A DNA stretch of 60,058 bases, from NCBI GenBank assembly GCA_038062875.1, contig JBBTWF010000007.1:1-60058 (forward strand), written 5' to 3'. The position numbers were made by a program, and so were the translations under genes. The stretch is from Patescibacteria group bacterium (GTDB lineage Bacteria; Patescibacteriota; Minisyncoccia; UBA6257; UBA9933). Of the stretch, positions 23,170 to 32,735 are shown piece after piece. Below the pieces are notes generated by a model that saw only the letters and a program-made list of their open reading frames with translations, was not told the origin of the DNA and made no database searches. How positions within the stretch are numbered: the first letter of the stretch is position 1; every line of letters begins with the position of its first letter.

Positions 23170-24612
23170 TCAAGTAGTTGACGTTAGTTTTTTGATCGCC
23201 AACTTGATTCTTTTAAACGACTCTTCCTTGCCTAAAATTTCCATAATTTCAAAGGGCCCGGGAGACGCTTGTTTGCCCGAAAGAGACACCCGAAGAGGCC
23301 AAAGCAACTCGCCCTTGCCCCATATTTCGGTCAAAGGCATAATTTTATTCTCCAATTCCGCTTTGGAAAAATTTTCTTCCGGCATTTCTTTTAACGCGCC
23401 GAGTAAAAGTTCTAAATTCGTGATTATTTTTTCATTCGCCATTTCTTGCCATTTTAAAAGTTGCGCGTCATAATTAGGAATCTTAAAAAAGAAATCTGCT
23501 AATTCTTTTAAGTCGCTGAGTTTCCTCATCCGTTCTTTTTCAATGGAAATTATTTTTAGAAGCAGTTTTTTATTTTCATTCCATTCTGGAGGAATCAATT
23601 CCTTAATGGCTTTTATTAAATCATCGGGTTCGGATTTGCTGATATATTGGCCGTTCAACCATTCTAATTTTTCGATGTTAAAAACAGCGCCGGCTTTTTG
23701 AACCCGCTTCAAATTGAATTCTTTAATTAAATCGTCACGGCTCAAAATTTCACGTTCATCTTCCGGATGCCAACCCAAAAGCGCCAAAAAATTAACCAGA
23801 GCGTCGGATAAATAACCTTCGTTTTTATAATCCAATAAAGAGCTCTCAATGTATCGTTTTGACATTTTACTTCTGTCCGGAGAAAGAATCAGAGGCAAAT
23901 GAGCGTATTTTGGCTCTTCAAAATCAAACGCTTTTTGAATTAAAATTTGCTTTGGCGTGTTTGAAATGTGGTCTTCGCCGCGAATCACGTGGCTGATTTT
24001 CATTTCAAAATCGTCAATTACAACAGCAAAATTAAAAAGCGGCGTCCTTAAATCCTTGGCAATTACAAAATCGCCGATTAAAGCGGAATTAAATTTAACT
24101 TTCCCCCTGATAATGTCGTTAAATTCAACTTCGGTTTCGGGCGTTTTAAAACGGATAACCGACGGCTCCCCTGTTCCATCTTTGGATAAATTTCGGCATT
24201 TGCCGCTGTATTTCGGAGGAAATCCTTGCGCGAGCATCGCCTGTCTGTCGCTTTCCAATTCTTCCTTTGAACAAAAACAATAATACGCTTTATTCTCATC
24301 AAGAAGTTTTTTAAGATATTTTTCGTAAATATCCCCTCTTTCGCTTTGACGATATGGTCCATATTCTCCTCCGCAATCCGGACCCTCGTCCCAATCCAAA
24401 CCAAGCCATTTCAAACCCGTTATAATATCTTTTTCGTATTTTTTTTCGGAACGCTCAACGTCGGTATCTTCAATGCGTAAAATAAATTTCCCTTCGTTTT
24501 TCTTGGCAAAAAGCCAATTAAAAAGCGCTGTCCGAGCGGTTCCAATATGAAGCAAACCCGTTGGCGACGGCGCCAACCTCACCCGTACTGGTTTTTTAGG
24601 GCTGTCGATCAT
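23170..24612 (-). CDS. gltX: Glutamate--tRNA ligase
   Basis: RLAPSPTG, HIG, RIEDTD, RGEDH, KMSKR. Confidence 0.96.
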   Translation of the reverse strand: MIDSPKKPVRVRLAPSPTGLLHIGTARTALFNWLFAKKNEGKFILRIEDTDVERSEKKYEKDIITGLKWLGLDWDEGPDCGGEYGPYRQSERGDIYEKYLKKLLDENKAYYCFCSKEELESDRQAMLAQGFPPKYSGKCRNLSKDGTGEPSVIRFKTPETEVEFNDIIRGKVKFNSALIGDFVIAKDLRTPLFNFAVVIDDFEMKISHVIRGEDHISNTPKQILIQKAFDFEEPKYAHLPLILSPDRSKMSKRYIESSLLDYKNEGYLSDALVNFLALLGWHPEDEREILSRDDLIKEFNLKRVQKAGAVFNIEKLEWLNGQYISKSEPDDLIKAIKELIPPEWNENKKLLLKIISIEKERMRKLSDLKELADFFFKIPNYDAQLLKWQEMANEKIITNLELLLGALKEMPEENFSKAELENKIMPLTEIWGKGELLWPLRVSLSGKQASPGPFEIMEILGKEESFKRIKLAIKKLTSTT

Positions 24613-24635
24613 TTAGATATTATAACACATCTTTC

Positions 24636-24805
24636 GTAGAAAATCTTTTCTCGTTCGTAGGCCTCCAATCGTCAAAATTCAAGCTCGCTCCTAACGAAAA
24701 TTTGCCACCCTGGTCGCTTCGCTCCCGTGTCCCCGGCAAATTTTCTACTCGCTCGCGAATTTTAAGACGCTCTCCGGCAATACTCTCTACGAAAAGATTT
24801 TCTAC
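24636..24805. mobile_element. MITE-like palindromic element, copy 1
   Basis: Perfect 15-bp terminal inverted repeat GTAGAAAATCTTTTC; reverse complement aligns with the copies at 30492 and 54552. Confidence 0.75.
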
Positions 24806-24867
24806 TCAATTCAGATAAAAAAGCCCGCGCAAGGTTTTTATCCTTGGGCGGGTTAAACATTCTTTTA

Positions 24868-25146
24868 TTATTTCTCAAGAGGCTTTATACTTTCTGGGAA
24901 GAAAACAGAAAGTGGATTCTTATCTGTAACGCCAAATTTTTCCCATTCATCACGATGTAGTACCTCCACTTCATCGTATGGGCTAATAATACTCTTGTCT
25001 GAAGTTTTACAAATTTTACCATTCACGACTGGAAAATGGAAAGTCCAATTTCCATGTGGTAAAGCGAAATATAATCTTTCGTTGACAGGATGCCGAAAAA
25101 ATCCACATTCTAAATTCTGGAATTTCATTATAGTGGGCATAATCAC
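24868..25146 (-). CDS. Orphan hypothetical protein
   Basis: GGAGGTG Shine-Dalgarno (ATG likely 25140), own TTGACA promoter at 25283-25288, terminator at about 24820-24853. Confidence 0.65.
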   Translation of the reverse strand: MIMPTIMKFQNLECGFFRHPVNERLYFALPHGNWTFHFPVVNGKICKTSDKSIISPYDEVEVLHRDEWEKFGVTDKNPLSVFFPESIKPLEK

Positions 25147-25284
25147 CTCCGTTAAAATTTAAAGAACAAGTATCTCATTATCCCGAATGGATATCTTCTA
25201 CATGAGATGCTTATTCTAGTTTATATTTTAAAATCAGCATCTCACTACGAGATACAAAAAACATAGCATACTTTTCTTTATTTG

Positions 25285-26397
25285 TCAATCCCCCAACCTC
25301 AATATCTCTTCCGCAATCACTTTTGCCGCGTCCGGTTTGGCGAATTTCAGGGCCGCTTCGGACATTGATTTGAACCGTTCCGGCTCGCTGAAAATCTTTT
25401 TAAGCTGGGTGAGAAAAATACTCGGTTTTAAGTTATCTTCCTCAATCACTATCGCCGCTCCTGTCTTGGCGTATTCATAAGCGTTAACTGTCTGATGATT
25501 GCCGGCTGACTCTGGTAAAGGAATAAGAATAGCCGGTTTGCCGAAAGCCGCCAATTCAAAAATAGTTCCGCTACCAGCCCGACCCACAACTAAATCGGCG
25601 GCCGTTAAAACGTCTTTTAAATCCTTATCAAGATAAGCTGTTAATTTATAGCGGCTTTTTTCTTCGTCGCTGAAATTTGCGGAAGCAAGAGTTAATTCAT
25701 TTTTGACTTCCTGATAATTGTTATGACCGGTCTGGTGAAAAATCTGAAAATCCTTAATTATTTCCTCAAAAATCTCCATAAAAAAATCATTGAGTCGGAC
25801 TGCTCCTTGAGAACCACCGACAACTAAAATCAACGGCATTTGGGAATTAAAACCTAAAATTCTTTTAGCCGCGTCTTTTTCCGTTGTTTCTTTTAATAAC
25901 GATGTTCTGATGGGATTTCCAACTAAAGCAATCTGGCCATTAAGAATTCCGGCCGCCGAGGCGAAAGAAATGCCGATTCTTTTAGCGAAACGAGATGAAA
26001 TTTGATTGGTGAATCCCGGAACGCTGTCGGATTCATGGATAATGATTGGAACTTGATAAAATCTACAAGCCAAAACAATCGCCAAAGCGCCAGGTCCGCC
26101 TTTTGAAAATAAAACATCCGGCATAGACCAAAAGACTTTCCAGAGCGCCTGAAATAAACTTAAAATGAATTTTGGAGCGTCCAAAAAATTTCTGACGTCA
26201 AAATAACGCCGCAATTTGCTGGAAATAATTTTTGACGTTTTTATCCCATTGGCTTCCAATAAATTTTGATACACGCCGGGGACGCCCAAATAACGCAAAT
26301 CCAAATCAGGCCGCTTTTTTTTAAGCTCTTCGACAATCGCCAAAATCGGATAAATATGTCCTCCGGTCCCGCCACCGGTAAATAGAATACGCAACAT
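25285..26397 (-). CDS. murG: Lipid II N-acetylglucosamine transferase
   Basis: GGGTGGHIYP, HESD, GNPIR, GGSQGA, HQTVNA. Confidence 0.95.
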   Translation of the reverse strand: MLRILFTGGGTGGHIYPILAIVEELKKKRPDLDLRYLGVPGVYQNLLEANGIKTSKIISSKLRRYFDVRNFLDAPKFILSLFQALWKVFWSMPDVLFSKGGPGALAIVLACRFYQVPIIIHESDSVPGFTNQISSRFAKRIGISFASAAGILNGQIALVGNPIRTSLLKETTEKDAAKRILGFNSQMPLILVVGGSQGAVRLNDFFMEIFEEIIKDFQIFHQTGHNNYQEVKNELTLASANFSDEEKSRYKLTAYLDKDLKDVLTAADLVVGRAGSGTIFELAAFGKPAILIPLPESAGNHQTVNAYEYAKTGAAIVIEEDNLKPSIFLTQLKKIFSEPERFKSMSEAALKFAKPDAAKVIAEEILRLGD

Positions 26398-26490
26398 TGG
26401 GATTTAGGATTTAGGATTTAGGATTTAGGATTTTATTTACTGCTTAGAGTTTTATTCCCCTAAATTCTATATTCTAAATCCTATATTCTT
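26398..26490. repeat. Inverted arrays of heptamer tandem repeats
   Basis: (GGATTTA)x4-5 followed by (TCTAAAT/CCTATAT)n between murG and ftsW. Confidence 0.8.
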
Positions 26491-26491
26491 T

Positions 26492-27598
26492 TTAAGTATA
26501 CTTAGATATATTAACAATAACTCCACTCATCGTCAAAAAAATCGCCAAAGCGGTGCCGCCATAACTGATAAACGGCAAAGGCACGCCGGTTAAAGGAGTT
26601 AATCCGGAAATCGCCGCTATATGAACAAAAATCTGAATGGCAATTACCGAAGTCAGTCCGACCGCGGTTAATTTCGCGAATTGGTCTTGAGAATTTTTGG
26701 CGATAAAAAATCCTCTTACTAAAAGTGTGGCAAAAGCGACAATAAGCGCCACAGCTCCGACAAAACCTAATTCTTCGGCGATTACCGCGAAAATTGAATC
26801 TCCTATCGGCTCCGGAAGATGTTTAAATTTCGTGGTTGATTGTCCGAGACCGACTCCCCAAAACCCTCCTGAACCGATAGCCATCAACGCTTGATTGCGA
26901 TGAAATCCTTCAACTTGGACATCGGCATTTTCCGGATTAAAAAAATTCATAACTCGTTTATAACGGTAAGAATCAGTGGAAGTAAAAATAAGCGCTGTTA
27001 AAACCAAAACCCCCAAGAGTATCGTTCCGACGATAAAAGAAAGCCGAGCGCCGCTGATAAAATAAATTAGCAAAGCGGAAGCCAGCACTATCAAAACGGT
27101 AGTGGTTGCCGGCTGTTTAAATACTAAAAAAGCAACAGCGCCACAAATAATTAAAAAAGGCAACAATCCTCCCAAAAAACTTGTCTGGCGATTATTTTTT
27201 TTATTGCTTAACCAAGCCGCCAAATAAATAATAAAAGTGAATTTTAAAAATTCAGCCGGTTGAAAAGAAAAAAATCCTAGATCAAGCCAACGAGCCGCGT
27301 TGCTGTGCGAGAAACCAAGCGGAGTAAAAACCAAAATTAAAGCGACAATATTTAAAATTAAAAGCAATAGAGCGATTCGTTCGAATTTTCGGTAATAAAA
27401 ATAACTAGTGATTAAAAAACCTATAATGCCGAAACTCAAGCCATAAATCAATTGATGTTTAAGATAATAAAAAGTGTCGTTAAATTTTTGCTTTCCCAAA
27501 TCCGAAGATGCGCTGGAAAGCATCACCAAACCGAAAACCGTCAATAAAATGACGCAAAGAATAAAAATATAATCCGGACTATGACCTCTTATTTTCAT
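26492..27598 (-). CDS. ftsW: SEDS peptidoglycan polymerase
   Basis: FQPAEFLK, LPEPIGDSIFAVIAEELG, PLTGVPLPFISYGG; adjacent to murG. Confidence 0.9.
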   Translation of the reverse strand: MKIRGHSPDYIFILCVILLTVFGLVMLSSASSDLGKQKFNDTFYYLKHQLIYGLSFGIIGFLITSYFYYRKFERIALLLLILNIVALILVFTPLGFSHSNAARWLDLGFFSFQPAEFLKFTFIIYLAAWLSNKKNNRQTSFLGGLLPFLIICGAVAFLVFKQPATTTVLIVLASALLIYFISGARLSFIVGTILLGVLVLTALIFTSTDSYRYKRVMNFFNPENADVQVEGFHRNQALMAIGSGGFWGVGLGQSTTKFKHLPEPIGDSIFAVIAEELGFVGAVALIVAFATLLVRGFFIAKNSQDQFAKLTAVGLTSVIAIQIFVHIAAISGLTPLTGVPLPFISYGGTALAIFLTMSGVIVNISKYT

Positions 27599-29055
27599 TT
27601 TTTCCTTAATATTTTCCCAGCCAATACATTTTGGAATTCTCCATCCTTGACAACAATTTTTCCGTTCAAAATCACGTTTCTTATTTCAGCGTCCCTGAAA
27701 ACAACCAAATCGGCGAAATTTCCGTCCTTAATCGTCCCTCTATCCTCTAAACCAAGTCGTTGAGCCGGCAAACCGGTAATTTTATATATTGCTTTTTCAA
27801 TCGGAAAAATTTTTTCTTTTTCGGAAAGTTTTAAAAATTTAGAAAAAGCGGTAGAACGTCCCGCGCTATTTGAAGCAATTATCGCCCGTTTATGGAACAA
27901 TGCCTTTTTAACTATTTTAATATCAATATTGCCGTAAAAAACAACTGCTTGAAAATTAGTAATTTCCATCAGGGTTAAAAGGCCGTTTTTGACATCCAAA
28001 TTCCTATTGGCGGAAAACTCTTCCAATGATTTTCCCTCTAAATATTCATTTCCGGGCGCTGAAGTAATGATAATTTTTCTCCCGTTCAACTTTGGCAATT
28101 CTTTTAAAATTTTTTCCCTGATATTCGGGGTCTGAAAATTTTTCAACATAATTTTTTTATCGCTGTTTTGAATCCAAGAAGGTAACAGGATGACAACAGG
28201 GACATCGCTGGAATCAGAAGGAGAAACATCAAAACAAATATCCGCTTTGGCGATATTTTTATTAATTAATTCCAAAGACGTCTCATAGTCATTTTGAAAA
28301 CCGTTAATCGGCCTAAAATGGCTTACTAAAGTTCTTACGCCAGTTTCTTTGGCAATCTTAATTGTTTCATTAATGGAATCCAAAAGCCCTTCTCTTTCAT
28401 TCCGAAGATGGGTGGCGTAAAGACACTTAAATTTAGACACTGTTTCGACTAATAATTTAATTTCTCCGTAAGGAACTTGTTGGGATTGGGAATATCCCAA
28501 ACCGGTTGAAAAACCAAAAGCTCCCTCTTTTAAAGACCGCGCCAATAAAAATTTAAAAACAGCTATTTCGTTTCTGGTAAGTTTTCTGAAAGCGTTGCCG
28601 ATTAAACTCTGGCGAATAGTGTAATGTCCGACTAAAGTGCCGAAATTCACTCCTAAAGGTCTTTGCTCCATTGTTTTTAAGAATTCCGCTATGGTTTGCC
28701 AGTTTATATTAGTTCTGTCAGGAGAAGCCCATGGTCGGATTGATTCTAAAGAACCGTAAAGCAAGGGCGCCAGCGAAGCGCCGCAATGACCGCCGATAAT
28801 AGTGGTAACGCCCTGAAGTAAAAAATCTTTCTGGGAAGGATTGGAAAAAAGAGTTAAATAATGGTCGGAATCGGTATTGATATCGATAAAACCTGGCGAC
28901 AAATAAGCTCCCATTCCATCTATTATCTCATCGGCTTTATATTTCGGAAAACTGCCGATGGCGTAAATCTTTTCTTTTTTAACCAAAACATCAGCCTTAA
29001 CCGCGGGCCTTCCGGTACCATCAAGAAGCTGGATGTTTTTGATTAAGATGGTCAT
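27595..29055 (-). CDS. N-acyl-D-amino-acid deacylase-like amidohydrolase
   Basis: PGFIDIN, QGVTT..GHCGAS, GFSTGLGY, THLRNE, ADLVVF; HxH metal motif degenerate. Confidence 0.8.
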   Translation of the reverse strand: MTILIKNIQLLDGTGRPAVKADVLVKKEKIYAIGSFPKYKADEIIDGMGAYLSPGFIDINTDSDHYLTLFSNPSQKDFLLQGVTTIIGGHCGASLAPLLYGSLESIRPWASPDRTNINWQTIAEFLKTMEQRPLGVNFGTLVGHYTIRQSLIGNAFRKLTRNEIAVFKFLLARSLKEGAFGFSTGLGYSQSQQVPYGEIKLLVETVSKFKCLYATHLRNEREGLLDSINETIKIAKETGVRTLVSHFRPINGFQNDYETSLELINKNIAKADICFDVSPSDSSDVPVVILLPSWIQNSDKKIMLKNFQTPNIREKILKELPKLNGRKIIITSAPGNEYLEGKSLEEFSANRNLDVKNGLLTLMEITNFQAVVFYGNIDIKIVKKALFHKRAIIASNSAGRSTAFSKFLKLSEKEKIFPIEKAIYKITGLPAQRLGLEDRGTIKDGNFADLVVFRDAEIRNVILNGKIVVKDGEFQNVLAGKILRKK

Positions 29056-29094
29056 GCCGTAATTATAACAAAAATTACAAAAATAAAAAATAAA

Positions 29095-29140
29095 AAAAGC
29101 GGGAGACAAGTTGATAATTAAACCTATGTCGCTCCCGCTT
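29095..29140 (-). terminator. Intrinsic terminator of the RT gene
   Basis: AAAGCGGGAG...CTCCCGCTTT with a T-run on the minus strand. Confidence 0.65.
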
Positions 29141-30039
29141 TAATAAATCACGAATGGGCAATCTTTTACGTCTTTTGTTTTTAAGTAGTGAAGCAACGGC
29201 CTCAATAATTGGTTTGGAATTTTTCTCTCTATCCCGATCACAAAAGCAATGATTCCGAATACCTGCGTTTTTGAAACCGAACCGTCAATAGTCGCTCTAC
29301 CTATCATCCCTCTGAATCTTTTAATCATTTTTGGCGGCACTTTTGGTTTTCCGCCAATAATGTTAACACCAGTTACCCGAAGCGCCCTATTTTTTATTGA
29401 ATAACGGCGCGTCTTTTTGGGATTGATGGAAAATCCATATTCCTTCAAGAGGACAACTACTTCCTTTTTAAGATTTTTCGGTATGCGCCTTTTAGAGGTA
29501 AAAACCAAATCATCAACATATCGGGTATATTTTATTCCCCTGATTCTTGAAGCGGCCTTATCAATTCCTGTATTGCTTAAAAGGAAATTAAATAAAGCCA
29601 GAGAAGTTGGAGCGCCTTGAGGCAAATGTCCGCGAAAAGTAGTTAATTTTGTTATTATCCTTGCTTCTTCCGCCGGTGCTCCAAATTTCCTGAAAAGAAC
29701 ATATACTTGTTTTTTAGTGGATGAAGGATAGGCGTCTTTTATATCCATGCGGAGCAAATATTTGCCATTTTTATGCTCTAAGGCGTTTGTTCTGATTGAC
29801 CTTCCTATTATTCCTCCTTGAACGCATTTCGGGAATTTAAGATTAAACTTATCTAATATTACTCTTTGTACTGTTTTTAAATCCTCTAACGGCTCCTCAA
29901 CGCAACGTTTTTTACCGCCGCTATTTTTTCTGTACCAAACTTTATAAAGATTAGCCCTCCTTTTAACTAAATCGGAAAAGAGGGTTGGATCAATGCCTAA
30001 TCTATTGGCAAGATCATCAATTGTTTTTTGACTATACAT
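29140..30039 (-). CDS. Retron-type reverse transcriptase (stand-alone)
   Basis: LKTVQR, NALEH (retron region X NAxxH), MDIKDAYPS, LPQGAPTS, YTRYVDDL, RVTG (region Y VTG). Confidence 0.9.
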   Translation of the reverse strand: MYSQKTIDDLANRLGIDPTLFSDLVKRRANLYKVWYRKNSGGKKRCVEEPLEDLKTVQRVILDKFNLKFPKCVQGGIIGRSIRTNALEHKNGKYLLRMDIKDAYPSSTKKQVYVLFRKFGAPAEEARIITKLTTFRGHLPQGAPTSLALFNFLLSNTGIDKAASRIRGIKYTRYVDDLVFTSKRRIPKNLKKEVVVLLKEYGFSINPKKTRRYSIKNRALRVTGVNIIGGKPKVPPKMIKRFRGMIGRATIDGSVSKTQVFGIIAFVIGIERKIPNQLLRPLLHYLKTKDVKDCPFVIY

Positions 30040-30078
30040 AATCCCCCCCCTTCTTTTTTAATTGTTGTCATATTAAAA

Positions 30079-30333
30079 TGTCCTGACAGGCTTTCAAGAG
30101 ACAGTTAAAAATAACTGCTCGTAAAAAAAGATTCGAGAAAATAAATTCATTTTGGCCTTGGTAGCGGAGTTTACGATGCGAGAAAGGACAAAATGAATTT
30201 TAATTTCGCAAAGCGAGTTGTACGTGCCTGCGAATTGACACTCAAATCTCAACCCCGCCAGTTACTGGCAAGGCAATAATCTGAAACCTACGCACTCTTC
30301 CTTCAGATTATATAGATTAAGCCTGTCAGGACA
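30079..30333 (-). ncRNA. Putative retron-like msr-msd ncRNA
   Basis: Perfect 15-bp IR TGTCCTGACAGGCTT (30079-30093 / 30319-30333) enclosing about six hairpins, between the promoter and the RT start. Confidence 0.75.
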
Positions 30334-30383
30334 ATATTATTTTTAAAGACCAAACATCTTATTTCCTTAAAATAAGATATTTA

Positions 30384-30413
30384 AATATAACATATTTTCT
30401 TATAATTTGTCAA
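30384..30413 (-). promoter_or_regulatory. sigma70 promoter for the ncRNA-RT transcript
   Basis: Minus-strand TTGACA (30408-30413) and TGnTATATT (-10 at 30384-30389). Confidence 0.6.
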
Positions 30414-30427
30414 TCATAATATGCCAA

Positions 30428-30689
30428 GCGGAAAATCTTTCCGCAGTGAGTAAAAATACGAATAAATCTTTTCGCAGCCAGCATGTTTAATCAACAAAGG
30501 AAAAATCTTTTCGCAGTGAGTATTGCGGAGCCGAATAGAAAATCTCTGAGCGAATAGAGAAAATACAGGGTACCCGCGTAGCAGGGTGGTATTTTCTCGT
30601 TATGAGCGAAGTTTGATTTTCATTCGGCGGAGCACCTACGAACGAGAAAAGATTTTTCCTTTGTTGGCTGGCGAGAAAAGATTTTCCGC
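30428..30689. mobile_element. Nested MITE-like palindromic element, copy 2
   Basis: Outer IR GCGGAAAATCTTT/AAAGATTTTCCGC; inner perfect 21-bp IR at 30492-30512 / 30646-30666; shares GTGAGTATTGC and CCTACGAACGAG with the other copies. Confidence 0.75.
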
Positions 30690-30695
30690 AAAACA

Positions 30696-31739
30696 TTACA
30701 AAAACTTGCTCAAAAAGAACAATATTAATCCCAAGCCGGCGGAAACGGCCGAAATAATCCAAAATCTCATTGTGACTTTTGTTTCCGGCCAGCCCAAGGC
30801 CTCAAAATGATGATGAATGGGAGTGGAAAGAAAAATTTTTCTTTTAAAAAGTTTTTTACTGGTAAGCTGGATAATAACCGAAAGCGATTCAACCACCGGA
30901 ATAATCATAAAAAATGGCAGAAACAAAGCGGTGTTAGTAAGCATCGCCGTTACTCCAAGCGTAATTCCCAAAGCCATTGAACCGGTATCCCCCATAAAAA
31001 AACGGGCTGGATAAACATTGAACCATAAAAAAGCTAACAGCGCGCCGATAACAACTCCATTGAAAACCGCTAAATCATATCTTCCCAAAAAGAAAGCCAC
31101 TGCCATTAAAGCCGCGAAAGCGAAAAGCGAAACACCGCCCAGCAAACCATCCAAACCGTCTGTTTCATTGGCTGAAAAAGCGCTGGCAATAATAACAAAC
31201 ATAAAAATAAAGAAATACCAGCCGTGAATTTCAATGTTGCCGAAAAATGGAATGTAAAATACGCTCCAGTCCAATATAAAGTAAAACCACCAAGCGCCAA
31301 GAGTAGCAATAATAGTATAAATAATTAATTTATGCCGCACTTTCAACCCTCCGCCATTGGGACCTATTTTCAAAACCCCGAATAAATCATCAGCCAGTCC
31401 CACTATGGCGGCAATCAGCATAGCCGCTATGGGCAAATAAGTTTGAGCTCGGTCGGTAAAATTAAAATAATCCCAGACGCCGTCAAAAAAAGAACTTAAA
31501 ACAAAAAACAGAAAAGCCAAACCAAGCACCGTCAGCCAGATGATGATTCCACCCATTGTCGGAGTACCGGCTTTGGCCTGATGAAGTTTAGAAAAAATCG
31601 GCGCTTGCTCGCTGACGCGAATTTGTTTACCTAACTGATATTTTGACAAAAATCTGACCAAAAAAGGAGTAAACGACAAAGCTATTAAAAAAGATAAACC
31701 GCTTAATATTAAAATGCGAACTGCTTGTAAAATTAACAT
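30696..31739 (-). CDS. mraY: Phospho-N-acetylmuramoyl-pentapeptide transferase
   Basis: KAGTPTMGG, NETDGLDGL, FMGDTGS, PIHHHFE. Confidence 0.95.
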   Translation of the reverse strand: MLILQAVRILILSGLSFLIALSFTPFLVRFLSKYQLGKQIRVSEQAPIFSKLHQAKAGTPTMGGIIIWLTVLGLAFLFFVLSSFFDGVWDYFNFTDRAQTYLPIAAMLIAAIVGLADDLFGVLKIGPNGGGLKVRHKLIIYTIIATLGAWWFYFILDWSVFYIPFFGNIEIHGWYFFIFMFVIIASAFSANETDGLDGLLGGVSLFAFAALMAVAFFLGRYDLAVFNGVVIGALLAFLWFNVYPARFFMGDTGSMALGITLGVTAMLTNTALFLPFFMIIPVVESLSVIIQLTSKKLFKRKIFLSTPIHHHFEALGWPETKVTMRFWIISAVSAGLGLILFFLSKFL

Positions 31740-31745
31740 TGTTTT

Positions 31746-32735
31746 TTATTTTATTAATTCCAATAATTTTTCCGTGTCGCCGAACCTATCCTTACTGCCA
31801 AGCACGGTTATTAAAATAAGCCGTCCTTGTTTATTGAAAAGCGACATTAAATTCTCGTCAGCCGCTTCGGTGTATCCCGTCTTTCCGCCGATAAAATCCG
31901 ATTGGCCGGCGAATTGATTGATATTAATTAATTTTCTTTTTACTCCGCTGTTCAACTCCGATATAACCGCTTCTTTTTGCCGAGTAATTTCAAAAATTTG
32001 CGGATGATTATAATAAATATAATTCATTAATTTCGCTAAATCATTAACCGTTGACTGATTAAGAAAAGAAAGTCCAGTCGGGTCGTCAAAATTTGTCTCG
32101 GTCATATTCAATTCAACTGCTTTTTGGTTCATTAATTTAACAAATTCAGGACTTATTGATTCAGCCAAAGCAACTGCCGCGTCATTGCTGGAAACAACCA
32201 ACATCGCGTTGATTAAATCCTCGGCTGTAAAAATTTCTCCGGAAGCGAATCCGCCGGCTAAACCGTTTGTTTTAAATTTGAAAGTGTCTTTATCTATTAT
32301 TATTTGTCTGTTTAACTCGCTTTTCTCAACAACTATTACGGCAGTCATCAATTTAGTCAAAGAAGCGATTGGCCAGCGCTTATTTATATTTAACTCAAAA
32401 AAATTCAAATTGCTGTCTAAATATTTTGCCGAAGCAATATGAGAATGAATAACTGGCTGAGAAGTATTTATTGATGGAATATCTTCATCTTGATTATAAT
32501 CTCCTTCTTGCTGTTGCGTTCCGGATTCTTTTTGAACAGCTGGCTTAATAGATTCGGGAACTGATTCTTGCTCTTGGTTAATCCCCTGATTAATTTCTGA
32601 ATTGGCGACAACAGCGCTGATATTCGCATAAAAATTTCCGGTTTGCGCCATTTCAACTTTTTGGTCGGATATCCTGAATATTAAAACGGAAATTAAAATT
32701 ACCAGAATTAAAATTAAAGATTGAAATTTAATCAT
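31746..32735 (-). CDS. D-alanyl-D-alanine carboxypeptidase (peptidase S11)
   Basis: ASLTK (SxxK), SSN, KTG. Confidence 0.9.
   Translation of the reverse strand: MIKFQSLILILVILISVLIFRISDQKVEMAQTGNFYANISAVVANSEINQGINQEQESVPESIKPAVQKESGTQQQEGDYNQDEDIPSINTSQPVIHSHIASAKYLDSNLNFFELNINKRWPIASLTKLMTAVIVVEKSELNRQIIIDKDTFKFKTNGLAGGFASGEIFTAEDLINAMLVVSSNDAAVALAESISPEFVKLMNQKAVELNMTETNFDDPTGLSFLNQSTVNDLAKLMNYIYYNHPQIFEITRQKEAVISELNSGVKRKLININQFAGQSDFIGGKTGYTEAADENLMSLFNKQGRLILITVLGSKDRFGDTEKLLELIK

Noticed and set aside
29140-30333. DGR or group II intron RT
   Set aside because: No template/variable repeat pair or avd gene seen; protein too short, with no maturase or endonuclease domain; has retron NAxxH and VTG motifs
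30487-30810. ORFs 30487-30762, 30586-30810, and likewise 54516-54782 and 54543-54791
   Set aside because: They run through palindromic elements and overlap real genes; no protein motifs
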